Shown: piece by piece, positions 1 to 13,140 of the stretch
Layout: each line of letters starts with the position of its first letter
Numbering within the stretch: the stretch's first letter is position 1
NCBI RefSeq assembly: GCF_018350175.1
Contig: NC_058368.1
Coordinates: 106,146,001-106,210,000 of the forward strand
Length of the DNA: 64,000 nt
Reading direction: 5' to 3'
Origin: Felis catus
Lineage: Eukaryota
Position numbers and translations under genes: made by a program
Notes under the pieces: generated by a model
Database searches by the model: none
What the model was told of the DNA's origin: nothing
Seen by the model: only the letters and a program-made list of their open reading frames with translations

Positions 1-689
1 TGGCTCCCTTATCCCCCAGGGCAGAGTGAGTGCTTTCCACATCATATTTCACTGAATCACAGTTTTCTGAGAATGTCCTAACAGTTTCAAAATGACATTT
101 TTATGTGGCTTAATGTTCCTAATTTGCTACAACTTACATTACATCTCTACTTGCCTAAACCAAGGACCAGATGGAATACATTCTGGTCAGGCATCCAGAC
201 AGTTACTATTTAGGGGATAATGTAGCCTTTTTAAATTTTTCACAAGAGAGTAGGAGTCTGAGTTTAGTAGTCTCTACTCACAGGATACAATTTATGCCAA
301 GATAAATTTGAGCCCCCAAAGTTACCTTTTAGTCGGAAACATTTTATCTTGGTTTTAGGGATCCATTTGGTTTTCTTATATTTTCTGGTAGGGGTTTGCT
401 AACATTTAAGATGAGATATAAATATTTGGCAAAGCATATAAACAGTTTCCTTGATCTGCAAAAAAACCTGAAATTCTCTTTCTGCACAGAAATGCAGTTA
501 ATGGAAATTATATTTATGAGATGTAAGAACGATGATATGTGGGAACTCAATTGTATATTTAAGTACTTGAAAATATTTTTGCTTAGTCAATTTTAGGAAC
601 CTATACAATTTGATATAAGTAACTCTTGGGGAAAAAAATTCTAATGGGTTTCCGGTAGACCAACTATTCTTTCGGAAGCCAAACTTGAC

Positions 690-1410
690 ATCCTATTTGT
701 TGGACCCAGTAGCCTCTTCCCAGTCATCACCCTACTTGATCCCAAAGAGCAGTTGGCACTCCTATTTCTTCTTTCCTTTACAGTGTCTCTACACTTAGTT
801 TCTGTAATGTCATTCCTAATTTTCCTTAAATCTCTGTGAGTTTTCCCACTCAACTTCTGGTATTAATTTCCTGCTTTGTTTCTACTCCGTAGTTGTAGGC
901 ATGCCTTAAGATTCTGCCATATATTTTTGTTCTTCTGTCTCTTATATGCACTTCTCAAAAACCAAACCAAAAGTAAACTAAGCTAAACTAAACTAAACTA
1001 AACTAAACTAAACTAAACGTATCCTCATCATTTCATGTAGGTTCAAGGAGCTGTTGTTTCAACACAAGCACCCTAATTATTCTCTTCTCAAGAGTTAGTT
1101 CTGAATTTCTGGCTGGCTACTTATATTTTGACTTCTACAACCCATGTAACCATCACACCTAATAATTAAATATATCCATTGCTTTTCCCTTAGATTTGAT
1201 TTCCTTCTATTTATGGATGCAAAGGTAGTCTCCTTTCAGTCACACTCAAAAACTCAGGGCTGTCTTTAATTCCTCCTTACCACCTACATTTAATTTGCCA
1301 CCATGTTCTGCTGAATCTGATTGCTAAAGTGTCCTCAAGAAGATTTCTCCAAGTTTCCATTCACAATCCCCACCATAGAGTAAGCAAACTCTTCCCTGCA
1401 TTGTCGTCAA
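690..1410. mobile_element. Degraded L2 LINE fragment(s)
   Basis: L2-like pyrimidine-rich text (e.g. cagtcacactcaaaaactcagggctgtctttaattcctcc). Judged by resemblance only. Confidence 0.45.
971..1017 (+). repeat. (AAACT)n microsatellite
   Basis: Direct pentamer array aaactaaactaaact. Confidence 0.9.
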
Positions 1411-1885
1411 TATTGTGTCCTGAAATATTTTAATCTTTAGTGGGAACATTACTTCCAACCTTACAGGAATAAAAAGGACCATAAGAGATGCTGTGAACAG
1501 CTGTGTGGTGAACAATGAGATGATTTAGGTGAAATGGACAAATTTCTGGAAAGACAAAAGCTATCAAAAGTAACTCAAGAAGAAACAGAAAATTAGAAAA
1601 GACCAATAACAAATAAAGAGATTAAATTAGTAATTTAAAAACTTCTTGAAAGAGAATCTCAGACCCAGATGGCTTCACTAGTGAATTTTACTAAACATTT
1701 ATGGAATTAATAATAAATCTTTATAAATTCTTTCTAAAATATAGCAGAGAAGGGAAAACTTCTCAATTCAGTGTTTTAGATCAGTATTACCCAGATACCG
1801 AACCAGACAAAGACATTACAAGATAAGAAAAAAATCTATGGATCAATATCTTTTGTGATTATAGATGCAAAAGCCCTTAACGAAA

Positions 1886-2107
1886 GGGGCGCCTGGGTTG
1901 CTCAGTCCGTTAAGCATCCGACTTCAGCTTAGGCCATGATCTAGCAGTCTGTGGGTTCAAACCCTGTGTTGGGCTCTGCGCTGACAGCTCAGAGCCTGCA
2001 GCCTTCTTTGGATTCTGTGCTTCCCTCTGTCTCTCTGCCCCTTCCCCACTGTGTGTGCTCTCTCCCTCTCTCTCAAAAATAAATAAATAAATAAAGTTAA
2101 AAAAAAA
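1886..2107 (+). mobile_element. Can-SINE
   Basis: ggggcgcctggg head, CT tract, A tail. Confidence 0.95.
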
Positions 2108-2152
2108 TTGTAATTGCTTAACAAAATACCAGCAAACCCAATCTAGCACCAG

Positions 2153-2343
2153 TTTAGTTTAGTTTAATTTAGTTATTTAGAGATAGTGTGAGGAGGGGAG
2201 AGGTAGAGAGAGAGGAAGAGAGAGAATCCCAAGCAGGCTCCACACTGTCAGCACATGTCTCAAGCTCACAAACCCATGAGATCTTGACCTGAGCCAAAAT
2301 CAGGAGTCAGACGGTCAACTGACAGGGCCACACAGGCACACCT
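2153..2343 (-). mobile_element. Can-SINE (older)
   Basis: Reverse-complement Can-SINE body. Confidence 0.85.
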
Positions 2344-3264
2344 GGCACCATTTTAATAGGATTATATACTACAAACAAGTGGGATTTATCTCAGGAATAC
2401 AAGGTTGGTTTAGATCTGAAAATCAATTAATGCAATGCACTGTATCAGTTAAAGGAGAAAGACCATGTGATCATCTCAATAGACACCTTTTCATGATAAA
2501 AACACTCTGCAAAGGAGGAATAGAAGGAAAGTTCCTCAACCCGACAAAGGACATTTATAGAAACCCAGTCCTAATATCATATTTGATGGTGAAAGAATAA
2601 ACATTTTGCCCCTATGATCGAGAACAAGACAGGAATAAACCCTCTTACCACTGGGGATTCTAGCTTGTATCAACAAGGCTAGAAATCACACTTTCTGATT
2701 TCAACCTACCATAAGCTATGTTAATAACGATAATGTGGAACTGGAATAAGGACAGACATATAAATCAATGTAATGGAATTTAGAGTCTAGAAATATACTC
2801 ATATTTTATGGTCAATTGATTTTCACCAAGGATGCCAAAACAGTTCAACTGATAAAGGATTATATCTCCAAAAAATGGTACTGGAATACCTGAGTAACCC
2901 CATGCAAAACAAAGAAATTTGATTTCTTCCTTATACCACATACAAGAATTAATTCAAAAGAGATCATAGCTAAACTATAAACTCTTAGAGAAAACATAGT
3001 AAATCTTCATAATCTTGAGTTATGCAGAGGCTTCATAGATGCAAAAGCACAATATAAGAAAAATAAGTAAACTTGATTCCATCATTATTAATAACTTTTG
3101 TGCTTGAAAGAACACCATAAAGTAAATGGAAACACTATTTACAAAATTGGAGAAAATATTTGCAAACTGTTTATCTGATAGGGGACCTATATCATGAATA
3201 CGTAAACAACTCTAAACTCAGCAACAACAAAAAAAGACAATCTAATTGAAAAATGGTGGTGAAA

Positions 3265-3401
3265 GGGTGCCTGTGTGGCCAAACAGCAACGAGTCTGCTA
3301 GGGATTCTTTCTTTCCCTCTGTCTCTATTCTACCCCTGCTGGCACACGCTCGCTTTTGCTCTCGCTCTCTCTCTCAAAATAAATAAATAAACATGAAAAA
3401 A
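3265..3401 (+). mobile_element. Can-SINE, internally deleted
   Basis: Partial head, CT tract, aaaataaataaataaa tail. Confidence 0.7.
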
Positions 3402-3965
3402 TGAGTGGATTTTAACAGACATTACACAAAAATAGCCACAATAATATATATGTCCACTCACAAACTGTGCAAGAATGTTCATAGCATCACTATTCATAAT
3501 AGCCAAAAATTGTAAATAACCTAAATGTCCATCTATTGATGAATAGATAAGTAAAATGGAACATAAGACAGTAAAACAGAATAAAATACTGATATGTGCT
3601 ATAAAATGGATGAATCCTAAGACTGAAATAAGCTGGCCACAGAGGGTCATCTTGTGAGCATTTATGTGAATATGGTCCTATTTTTATGAAATGTGTAGGA
3701 TAAGGAAATCCATCAAAGAAGAAATTTGATTCATGAATACCTAGGACTGATGTATAGGGTTGAGAGTAACTAACTGATTGCTAAGGGGTACAGGCTTTCT
3801 TTTGGGAGTGATGAAGGTGTTTTAAAATTGGTTGTATGATGGGTGCACAACTTTGTGAATATAGTCTAAGTAGGTGAATTGAATGGCATGTGAATTATAT
3901 CTCAGCAAAGCTGTAAAAATGTTTTAATCTTTGCAGTGAAGTGAAAAATAGTTACATCATTGGCA

Positions 3966-4410
3966 TTTTTAAAAGTTTATTTATTTTGAGAGAGTGTGTG
4001 CACAGAAGGGGCAGAGAAAGAGGGAGAGACAGGAAGAATCCCAAGCAGGGTCTATATTGTCAGTGCAGGGGCGCCTGGGTGGCGCAGTCGGTTAAGCGTC
4101 CGACTTCAGCCAGGTCACGATCTGGTGGTCCGTGAGTTCCAGCCCCGTGTCAGGCTCTGGGCTGATGGCTCGGAGCCTGGAGCCTGTTTCCGATTCTGTG
4201 TCTCCCTCTCTCTCTGCCCCTCCCCCGTTCATGCTCTGTCTCTCTCTGTCCCAAAAATAAATAAAAACGTTAAAAAAAAATTTATATTGTCAGTGCAAGG
4301 AGTCCCATGCAGGGCTTGAACTCACGAACCCATGATTGGGTTCCTTTCTGATTTCCTAAGCCGAAATCAAGAGTCAGATGCTTAACCGAATCAGTCACCC
4401 AGGCACCCCT
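3966..4410 (-). mobile_element. Older Can-SINE hosting a nested young SINE
   Basis: Reverse SINE split at 4067/4298. Confidence 0.85.
4068..4282 (+). mobile_element. Young felid SINEC_Fc-type SINE with 15-bp TSD
   Basis: TSD tatattgtcagtgca at 4053-4067 and 4283-4297. Confidence 0.95.
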
Positions 4411-4419
4411 ACATCATTG

Positions 4420-6870
4420 GCATTTTAATTTGTATATACCCGGCTGTGTGAAGATGAGTATCTTTTCATACAGTTGTAAACCATAGTAATTTTTTCATAT
4501 TAACTGTCTACTGATGAACTTGACTTATTTTTCTACTGAGCTGTTAGCTTTTCCTTACTGATTTTTAACTAAAATAGTACACTTATTTACTAAATAAAAT
4601 TATTCTTTTATCCCTAAGTAATACAATAGATTGCTGACATGTGTTGTAAATGTTTTTCCCCCAATTATTCATTTATCTTTCTTTTTTATGATATTTTTTG
4701 GCCTTGTGTAAAATTATAATGTGTGTAGTCAATTATCAAACTTTATTTTCTGATCACCCGAATTTGTATCTTTCCTGCAAAGACTTTTCCCATGATAAAA
4801 ACAAAACCACTCATATATTCTTCTATTACTTTTGGAAATTTTATTTTTTATGTTTAAAACTTAGACTCACTTGGAATTTTTTTGAAAATCAGGTTGAAGT
4901 AGCATTGGAGTATTGAAATATATTATTAGACAGTTATCCCTACGTGATTTACTAAATTATCTTTTATCCACCTATTTGAATATATAGAGTACATTAAATT
5001 TGTGTTGTTAGATCTATTTCTGTACTTTTTAGTCTCTTCTCTTATACTGCCTGTTTAATCATTCTTTTGTTTAGAAGCATTCTTTACCGGGGGCGCCTGG
5101 GCGGCCTAGTCGGTTAAGTGGCCAGCCAGTTCAGGTCATGATCTCATGGTTTGTGCGTTTAAGCCCCGTGTTGGGCTCTGTGCTAACAGTTCAGAGCCTG
5201 GAGCCTGCTTCAGATTCTGTGTTTCCCTCTCTCTCTGCCCCTCCCCTGCTCATGCTCTGTGTCTTCTCTCAAAAAATGAATAAAAATGTTAAGAAAAAGA
5301 AGCATGTTTTCCTGCAGCCTTATATTTATTCTCATACCTAGGCAAGCAAATCTCCTACCTTTCTGTTGTTTTTACAGACTTGTTCCTCGTTTTTCAGGCA
5401 TTTTTTGCTATATGTACATGTTTACTTTCCTACACTAATGTCACAATGAACTTATCTGAAAGGGGAAAATGAAAGGAAATATATAAACATATATAAACAT
5501 ATGCTTTTTAAAAAATTGCAGTTACATGATATTTTTAGATCAACAGAAAATTGATAACATGACAGCATTGCATTTCCTAATTAAAACAGAATAAAAGGTT
5601 TTTTTTGTGTACTCAAGTGTTTTTTAAACTATTTATCAGTAAATTTTTCTGTTTCCTTAAATGTTCCAGACGTGTCTGGGTATTGTAGCTTTGTGGTTGG
5701 ATCTTTTCTTCCATTTTATTTTCCATTGAGTAGAATGACAGGAAATCAACTTGTTTTGTAGAAACAGGAATTTTGGCAATTACATATGGTTCAAATTAAT
5801 AACTAGTTGTTTTTATTATAAAGGAAAACACTTTTTACTTATTAATTTGTGATCATCTGACTTACTAAATTATTATTCTTTAAAAAATTTTTAGGTTGAT
5901 CATTGTAGGTTTTGGGTCTAAAATCAGGTCATCTCTCTTTTTTTAATGCTGTTATCATTCTTTCTTATTTTCCATGCTTCATGTCCTCACCTTGTTACTT
6001 GACTTGATTGGTACTTCTAGAACATTTTTAAATTATGACAGTAGTGGTTGGCATCGTTCATTCATCAGGTATTTACTGAGCACCCACTGTGTTCTAGGTG
6101 TTGAGATTCATCACTGTTAAGACCAATAGTTTCCTATGAAATATAGACTTTAAATTCTAGCATTCTAAAACAAACAAATAAACCCTAGCATTCTGCCATT
6201 TTTTAAATTTAATGTGAATGATGCCAATATGTAAAATATTATGCTGCTCTTTTTAGTAAGGTATATTTACTATGGTAAGAACATTTTCATGTATCCTGTT
6301 TAATCAAGAACATTTCATATGAATGAATGGTTTTTGTCATCTACAAGAATGAACATATACTTTTTCATATTTGACCTATTAATAGTGTGAATTTAATTAA
6401 TAATTTCCAGTCATTTTATTCCTGAGCTAATCAGTTAGGCAAAGTGAATAACTTTAAATATTCTGGTAGACCTTATTTACTAATATGAATGTTTTTGTGT
6501 TGCTATTGATAACAGAGACTACTCCATAGTGCTTTATTTTCTGTGTTACTTCTTACCAGCTTAGTAAGGAGGAAATTTCTCTCTCTTCAATTAAATTGTT
6601 TAAATAGCATTAGAAATTATTCGCTCCTTGCAACTAGGAATATTTACCTTTGAAACTAGACTTGGTACATACTTTTCTCCTTGAGATTTTCCTTTAATAA
6701 TGTTTTCTAGTTCCAATATGATAATTTGCAGTTTTCAACTTTTGAACTCTTTGGATGAGTTCAGTTTGGGTAATGTGTGTCTTCTGAGAAATTCATCCAT
6801 TCATTCAGGTCTTTGAATTTATTAGCATAGATGTGAGCAGAGTAGCTGTCTGATTACTCTATGATTCCCA
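4420..6870 (-). mobile_element. Highly degraded L1 (antisense) fragments
   Basis: T-rich antisense L1-like text (gtagtcaattatcaaactttatttt; ggtaatgtgtgtcttctgagaaattcatccatt). Confidence 0.6.
5089..5300 (+). mobile_element. Can-SINE
   Basis: Full SINE; agaagcat repeated on both flanks. Confidence 0.95.
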
Positions 6871-7074
6871 TATTTATAGTTATTTTTGTAAAGAACAGGT
6901 GTGTTGTCAGTGTCAGCTCTTTTGCATATGGCCAAATCTTCTGGGTGGTGGAGAGAGGGGCAAGGGAGAGGAAAGTGGGTGGGGATTCAAGAAGGGGCCA
7001 CATCCCTTGGGGGGTATTTACTGTAATGAAGAAGAAAGAGTGCTAAAGGTTAAAATTCGCTGAACACTTGCAAT

Positions 7075-7250
7075 CTTATAGGAGCTTCCCTAGCAAATCC
7101 TCACAATAGCCCTTGCCTCCACCCCAGGTTGGTGTGGCTATCCATTCACGTTCACAGATGAGGAAATTGAGACCCTGAAAGGTTCAGTAAGTTGCCCAAG
7201 CTTGTATGATTACTAGAAAGCTGAGCTAGAGTTTGAAACAAGACACCAGA
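7075..7250 (-). mobile_element. MIR
   Basis: Core acagatgaggaaattgagaccctgaaaggttcagtaagttgcccaag. Confidence 0.8.
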
Positions 7251-7480
7251 GCTTGTTCTCCGCGTCAGGGTGCTGTGAGCTAAAGAGGTGAAGTACAGTG
7301 CCAAGTGAGGAAGGAGAATTTAGACAATGCCAGAAAGTGGAGTCAGTAGTGATGAAGAGAAATACCAGCTCTTAGAAATGTGCATACATCTTGGAAAATG
7401 GACTCCTAAATATCAAGAGGTAATGAGTTCAGGCTGAAGTTACATCTTCAGCAGCACAATGATTCCTATTGAAATCAGAG

Positions 7481-8008
7481 TGAGAGACTGAATATACAAG
7501 CAAACAATGGTCAGAATGTAAAAAAATAGAACTTTCACACAAAACCTGCAGCAACCAGCTCAGGAAACCAACCCACCATCGAGCCATAGGAGCCAGCGCA
7601 TAAGTCAGACCTGTAGCAAGTCTGACTCCTTTCTCTAGTTACCAGTACCAGAGGCCAAACAATAATCATGATAACTATCTACCCAAATGTCCAGGACTTG
7701 ATTAACAACTGACAGCTTTCCTAATTTCGTTCCTGCTTCCGATTGAGACCCAGTCTAACAAAGCCATCACGTGCGATGCCAGCTTCTGGTTAACCTACCT
7801 ACAGTCAGCATGACAACATCCAACAGCCTCTGGTCAGGGCACCTGGAGCCTTCCCTTTTTCCTCCTGTAAAGCTTCCCCTCTCCTTTGCCTGCCTCGAAA
7901 TTCTCTACTGAATGCACGTGATATATTGGCTGACTGTTTTGGTCTACTCAGCTCTGGATAAACAGCCTCTACTTATTCTCATTGGGTTGATCTTCCTTTT
8001 GTTCCACA
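7481..8008 (+). mobile_element. Solo ERV1 LTR, MER89/MER90-like
   Basis: TG...CA ends, near-TSD agag/agtg, motif aaaaatagaact...cctgcagcaaccagc.caggaa.cc and ccaggacttgattaacaactgacagctt. Confidence 0.75.
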
Positions 8009-8329
8009 AGTGTCAGTATTCTGCATGTATGTGTCTGTTTTTCCCACTGCCTTATGAACCTCAAGGCTCGGCTCTTGATTTATTCCTGGTTCTATCTCCC
8101 AGAGCGTAACCTAGTGTGTTTTACATTAGTAGGGAGCCTGAATATTTGTGGAATAGAATCTTTTATGAGAATTCGATTAGCTTATGTTTCCTTGTGCTAT
8201 TTAAAAATGCCTTCCCTCTGTAGTAGTTATGTAGAGTTTAATAACTTATGTTGAAAAGACGTTGTCTCTATTCTACACTAGCTACATAATAATAAGAATA
8301 CTTAATAATAGATTAATAATAATAGATAA

Positions 8330-8560
8330 GTAATAATCGTACTAACCATATGTCAAGCCTTATTTTAGTTATTTCAAATATATTAACTCCCAACACAGCT
8401 CATGACATGGGCATTATGATGATTCCTGTTTTACATATGAGGGAACAAAGGGCAAGCAGCTTAATTAATTTTTACAAAGCCACAGAAACTGGCAGGTAGT
8501 AGAGCCAGGATTTACACTCGAGGAATCTAGGCTTAGAGTCTGTGTTCCTAATTGCTAAAC
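8330..8560 (-). mobile_element. MIR
   Basis: cctgttttacatatgagggaacaaagg...agagccaggattt. Confidence 0.7.
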
Positions 8561-10551
8561 TGTAATGTGTCTCAATTTTAGAGGCAGATTTAATATTGTC
8601 TACTTTGGTTCTGGGATCAAGTCCTGGGCCACAAAAGCGAATAAAATAGAGTCCCTGCTTCTGCAAAATGTCGGCATTAAAAAAAAAAAATGCATGCCAT
8701 CTCTGGCAACAGTGGGGAAAAGTTTATTTTTTCTGAACTTCAGAGTCCTTAACTAAAATATGGAAAAATATCTACCTGGATCAGTGATTGGCAGATAAGA
8801 AAAATCATATAGAGAGCACCCAAGGAAAAAATAGAATCTTCGATAAATGCCCTTGGGGAGTACGGTAGAATAAAAGAGAGAGGGCATGAAAGCAAGAAAG
8901 CTCTGGATAAAACTACTAGCTCCCACAATGGTTATGGATGTTATGAAGTTCAGAGTTAAGTATCAAGCATATTAAATGTATGACATGACATGTGGTTAGT
9001 ATTCATTTAAAAAATTCTTACAGGCAGTATCTTTGAGTCTCTAATCTCTGCTTGGCAGGGAAATAGGTTCCAAATTGAACAATTCCAACAAAAGTCGGTA
9101 GGGGATAAACCTTCACCTCACTGCCACCAGCACCAATTACAGCACAAGGCAGATCCCAGTTCCTCTCAGATCCAGGAAGAATAGCATAAAAGATCAAGTT
9201 GGTTTTTCTGGGTAAAGTGGTCAACAAATGTTATCAAAGCACAGAACAAGATACACAACAACACAATCATCATGCAGTATTTAGAAGGGGGAAGAGGTGA
9301 AACCAATGGTTGCAGACAGACAGGTAGGCAGATGGCAGACACAAGAGTATGGAGTTTCTCAGGGAGCTCCTGGAAATTGCCTGCTTGAAAGCTGCAGGCA
9401 CCTGGTACTGTCACTGAAGGTTTTCTTTCAGTTCTGGTAGTTCTTGATTCCATGAATGTTAGTGGAATCTTCCTTGACCTTCACAGCTCCAACGCTCCCA
9501 GTGAACAGACAAAGCCTCGAATTCTTTCCATTGAAACTACTCCTACTTTGAATAAGAAGATTGTCTTCTAGTCTTTTCATTGAAACTTGTCTGAGTAGGA
9601 CAGATTGAAAGGAGATACTAGAATCCCACCATATGTAATTTGAGAGTTTGTTGTATTTTTATTAGGATTATATCAATTATTTATTAAGTTGTATATGATA
9701 TTTGACTCTAACTCTTCCAATTTCCATTTCATCCTGTTGTCCTTGTAAATTTCTGTAACTTTAAAACTTACTGCAGTTCAGTAGAGTTAAAAATTCACAG
9801 CCTCCTTTTACTTACTTACTTTCTTTTGTCCATGAGATGAAAATGTAATAGTTAACAGTGAACTTAGTAAGCAGACTGGATAAGCATCACAACCAAAGGT
9901 AATGTTTGGTAAACCATGAAGACCCTTGTGGTGGCTGTAGAGGAAGGACATTTGTATCCCTTTCGTCAACTTGAGTAACTCATGTGAGCTTTCATTTGTA
10001 CAGAATATTACACTGGAGTGGGGTGTAGAGGAATAAATATGTGCTCTACAGAATAAGTGAATGATGAATGAGTGAATGAATGAATGAGAATTGCATCTTT
10101 GGGGAGGGAAAGTGAGGTCAGTGAGGGATTCATAGAGGAGGGGACATGAGGTGGGTGTAGGAAGACAGGTTTTTGTGGAAGGAGGTTATTTCTCCCAGAA
10201 GCTCAGCAAGGGCATGACTGGAGATGAGGTTTGTGGAGCGAGTGAAAAGGTGGAAAAATCTTTGAGGAGGAGACAGAGACTAAATCCTGGAGTTCCTAGT
10301 GGGCTGTATGCAAGAGTTTGGATTTTATCCAAGTTTTAGAAAAAGGAGACATTGAAGACTTTTAATTTTGCTGGGGGAGCATGAGTTGACATCATCAGAA
10401 GTAAGTGGGCATGTAGTCTCTTCATTTTGGATTTGGCCTTCTTTACCTTGTGGAACAGAGGGAACCACAAGTAAGAGTTTTCGAGAAGAAGAAGAAGACT
10501 GGGCCTCTTGCATAGGTGGGAATGGTAAACCTAACCTACATGATCTCAATA

Positions 10552-10774
10552 TATTTATTTATTTATTTTTAATGTTTATTTATTTATTTTGAGAGAGACA
10601 AAATGCAAGTGGGGGAGGGGCAGAGAGAGGGAAAGAGAGAGAGAGCGTCCCAAGCAGGCTCTGCATTGTCAGTGCAAAGCCAGACGTGGGGCTCGAACTC
10701 ACAAACCATGAGATCATGACCTGAGCTGATACCAAAAGTTGGACATTTACTGGACTGAGCCACCCAGGCACGCC
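10552..10774 (-). mobile_element. Can-SINE
   Basis: Reverse SINE, TSD catgatctca. Confidence 0.95.
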
Positions 10775-11840
10775 TGCATGATCTCACTTTTATCTCTCAA
10801 AAGCTCCTGAGGGCAGAGGCTCCATATAAGAAGCCAAGTCACATGATCAGGAAGGGACGAAATGGGGCAAAAACTCAGGTTTGCCTGACTTGCAGGGCAT
10901 GACAGACACTTGCTTCTGGTCCTCATCCTGATTTTGAATGAATCACTTTTTAACTGCTTCCAATTCCTATTACCTTAAATACAGAATAAGGCAGTAGTAC
11001 CCTTCAATCTTTTGGATTCTGTAATTCTAATCATAGAAGCAATTTGAGTTTGTGAAAATGCTTAACCTTCTCAAATGCAGACAATACTAACAGTCACTGC
11101 ATATAGTGGGCTGAAGTCCTGTCATTCTTAAAAGCGACCCCAGGGAGTGGGTTATTGCTTTCCAAACACAATAAAGAGGCCATGAAACAAAAGTGTTTGA
11201 AATTCTACCAATATAAACAAGAGTGCTTCTTCTCTATTAATGCATTAAAACAATTCTATAAAAAGTAGAAAATTCCTTGCAGCCCCAACTGCCAAATCTG
11301 CCCCTGAGTTCCAGAGAGTCTGCATCTCCCAAGTCAGAGTCTAGATTTCAAAGATGCCCTGAATGAAGAGGAAAAATTCTCTCTGCGTTGGACTGGTCCC
11401 AAGAATGTCAACACTGGTGGCCTATGAGCTTCTGCCTCTGCCGCAATTTAATCTCAGTTTGCTGAGCTAGGGGTTAGCTATGAAAGGTCTAAGAGGCAAA
11501 AAAGAAGCTGCATAGAGTACCTCTAAGTATGCATGTCTGCATCATGAGCGGGCCAACGAGATGGGACATATTCAACGAAACACAAATTTCTAAATTTGCT
11601 CTTTAAAGAGTGTGTGTTTCCCAGCAGGAAATTGATGTCTTATAAAATTGGTTATGTTTATTAAAGAAAATCTAGAAAATGTAAAAAGTATGAGTTAAAA
11701 AATTATTCTTGAGACCACTAGTTGGTTCCATTGTCATTGGTGTATTTTTCCTAGTCTTTAGGGTAATGAATAGGTTTCTGCTTGCTTTTTTACGTAGCTC
11801 CAACAATAATATATAAATAGTTTTTATTCTGCTGATATCT

Positions 11841-12060
11841 TTTTTTTTTAATTTTTTCAATGTTTATTTATTTTTGAGACAGAGAGAGACAGAGCGTGAG
11901 CAGGGGAGGGGCAGAGAGAGAGGAAGACAGAATCCAAAGCAGGCTCCAGGCTCCCAGCTGCCAGCACAGAGCCTGATGGTGGGCCCGAACTCACGAACTG
12001 CGAGATCATGACCTGAGCCAAAGTCAGACGCTTAACCGACTGAGCCACCCAGGCGCCCCT
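11841..12060 (-). mobile_element. Can-SINE
   Basis: Reverse SINE ending ccacccaggcgcccc. Confidence 0.95.
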
Positions 12061-12994
12061 GATGCTTATCTTTAATTTCAATTCTATCAATAATGAAATG
12101 CCTTCTTGAAATCAAATGATTAATTTAGTCTCCTGAGGAATAAATTCATGAGACTGTCCTCAAGAAAACATAGTTACAAAATAACCAATATTTCCAGCAT
12201 ATTCTAAACAAAAATGACAACTTCTCCTAAAATGAAATATTACCAGATGAATATTATGCATCTTATATGCCAAATAAATGTAGATATTCAATTTTGGTAT
12301 AAAAAGTGGTAAATCAGTCTACTTGTGGTAATTGGCAGTTTAGAAAATGGAGTACAGTGAATGTTAAAAGTTTGATCAAAATAAAAACAGAGCATGGGTA
12401 GGAGTTTTTACAAGCCAAAGAGGCAAAGAAAGGTACATACCTGACAGTAGAGGAGGTTGGAAGGTGACTTTTCTTTCCCTAAAATTCCTGACCATGAGAG
12501 TTAAAAAAAAAATAGCTAACTAGGAGAGATATAAATACATCTGAATATACACGAAGATGAAATGAGAATAAGAAAGATACTGATTTATAAGAATATATTA
12601 TGTATTACAAGTAATTTATTTTCCAAAATGTAGAAAGCATTAAAAAATAAATATTGAATAGTGTCTGTTTCCCCCCAGTAAATAACAGAAGTTTCAAAAA
12701 AAAAAAATCAAACAAATAGTTCAAGAACAAAGCAATCCAAAAAAGAATAAATGTCCTAGAATGTGCTAATACAACATTAAGTGGCTATTTAGAATGCATT
12801 TGGGCACATTTAAATTAGATGATTATGTAGATCTTTTGAAGTACTCAAACAAAATGATAATTAATAGTTATCTATTTATTTTGCCTATTGATAAGCTCTT
12901 AACTGAATTAAATATAATTATGGAGCATTTGGGGAATAGAAGTATGATGAATTAATCAAAGCCAGTAAGAATAATAGGGAATAATTTAGACTGC

Positions 12995-13140
12995 TTTCTG
13001 TTTGCATGGTCTTGGGTGAATTACTAAATATCCCTGTGCTTCATTTTCCCCATCTGCAAAATGGGAATAATAGTACCTACCTCATGGCTATTATGACAGT
13101 TAAAGGAAATGAGGTCTTTAAAGGGCATGACACTGTGCTG
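12995..13140 (+). mobile_element. MIR
   Basis: ttccccatctgcaaaatgggaataatagtacctacctcat. Confidence 0.85.

Larger units (their letters stand above)
1430..3915 (+). mobile_element. Old L1 (L1M-type) ORF2 remnant plus 3' UTR, interrupted by SINEs
   Basis: gaaatggacaaatttctggaaaga (EMDKFLE), ccagatggcttcactagtgaatt, gggatttatctcaggaatacaaggttggtt; L1M-type 3' end tgtgaattatatctc. Confidence 0.85.
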
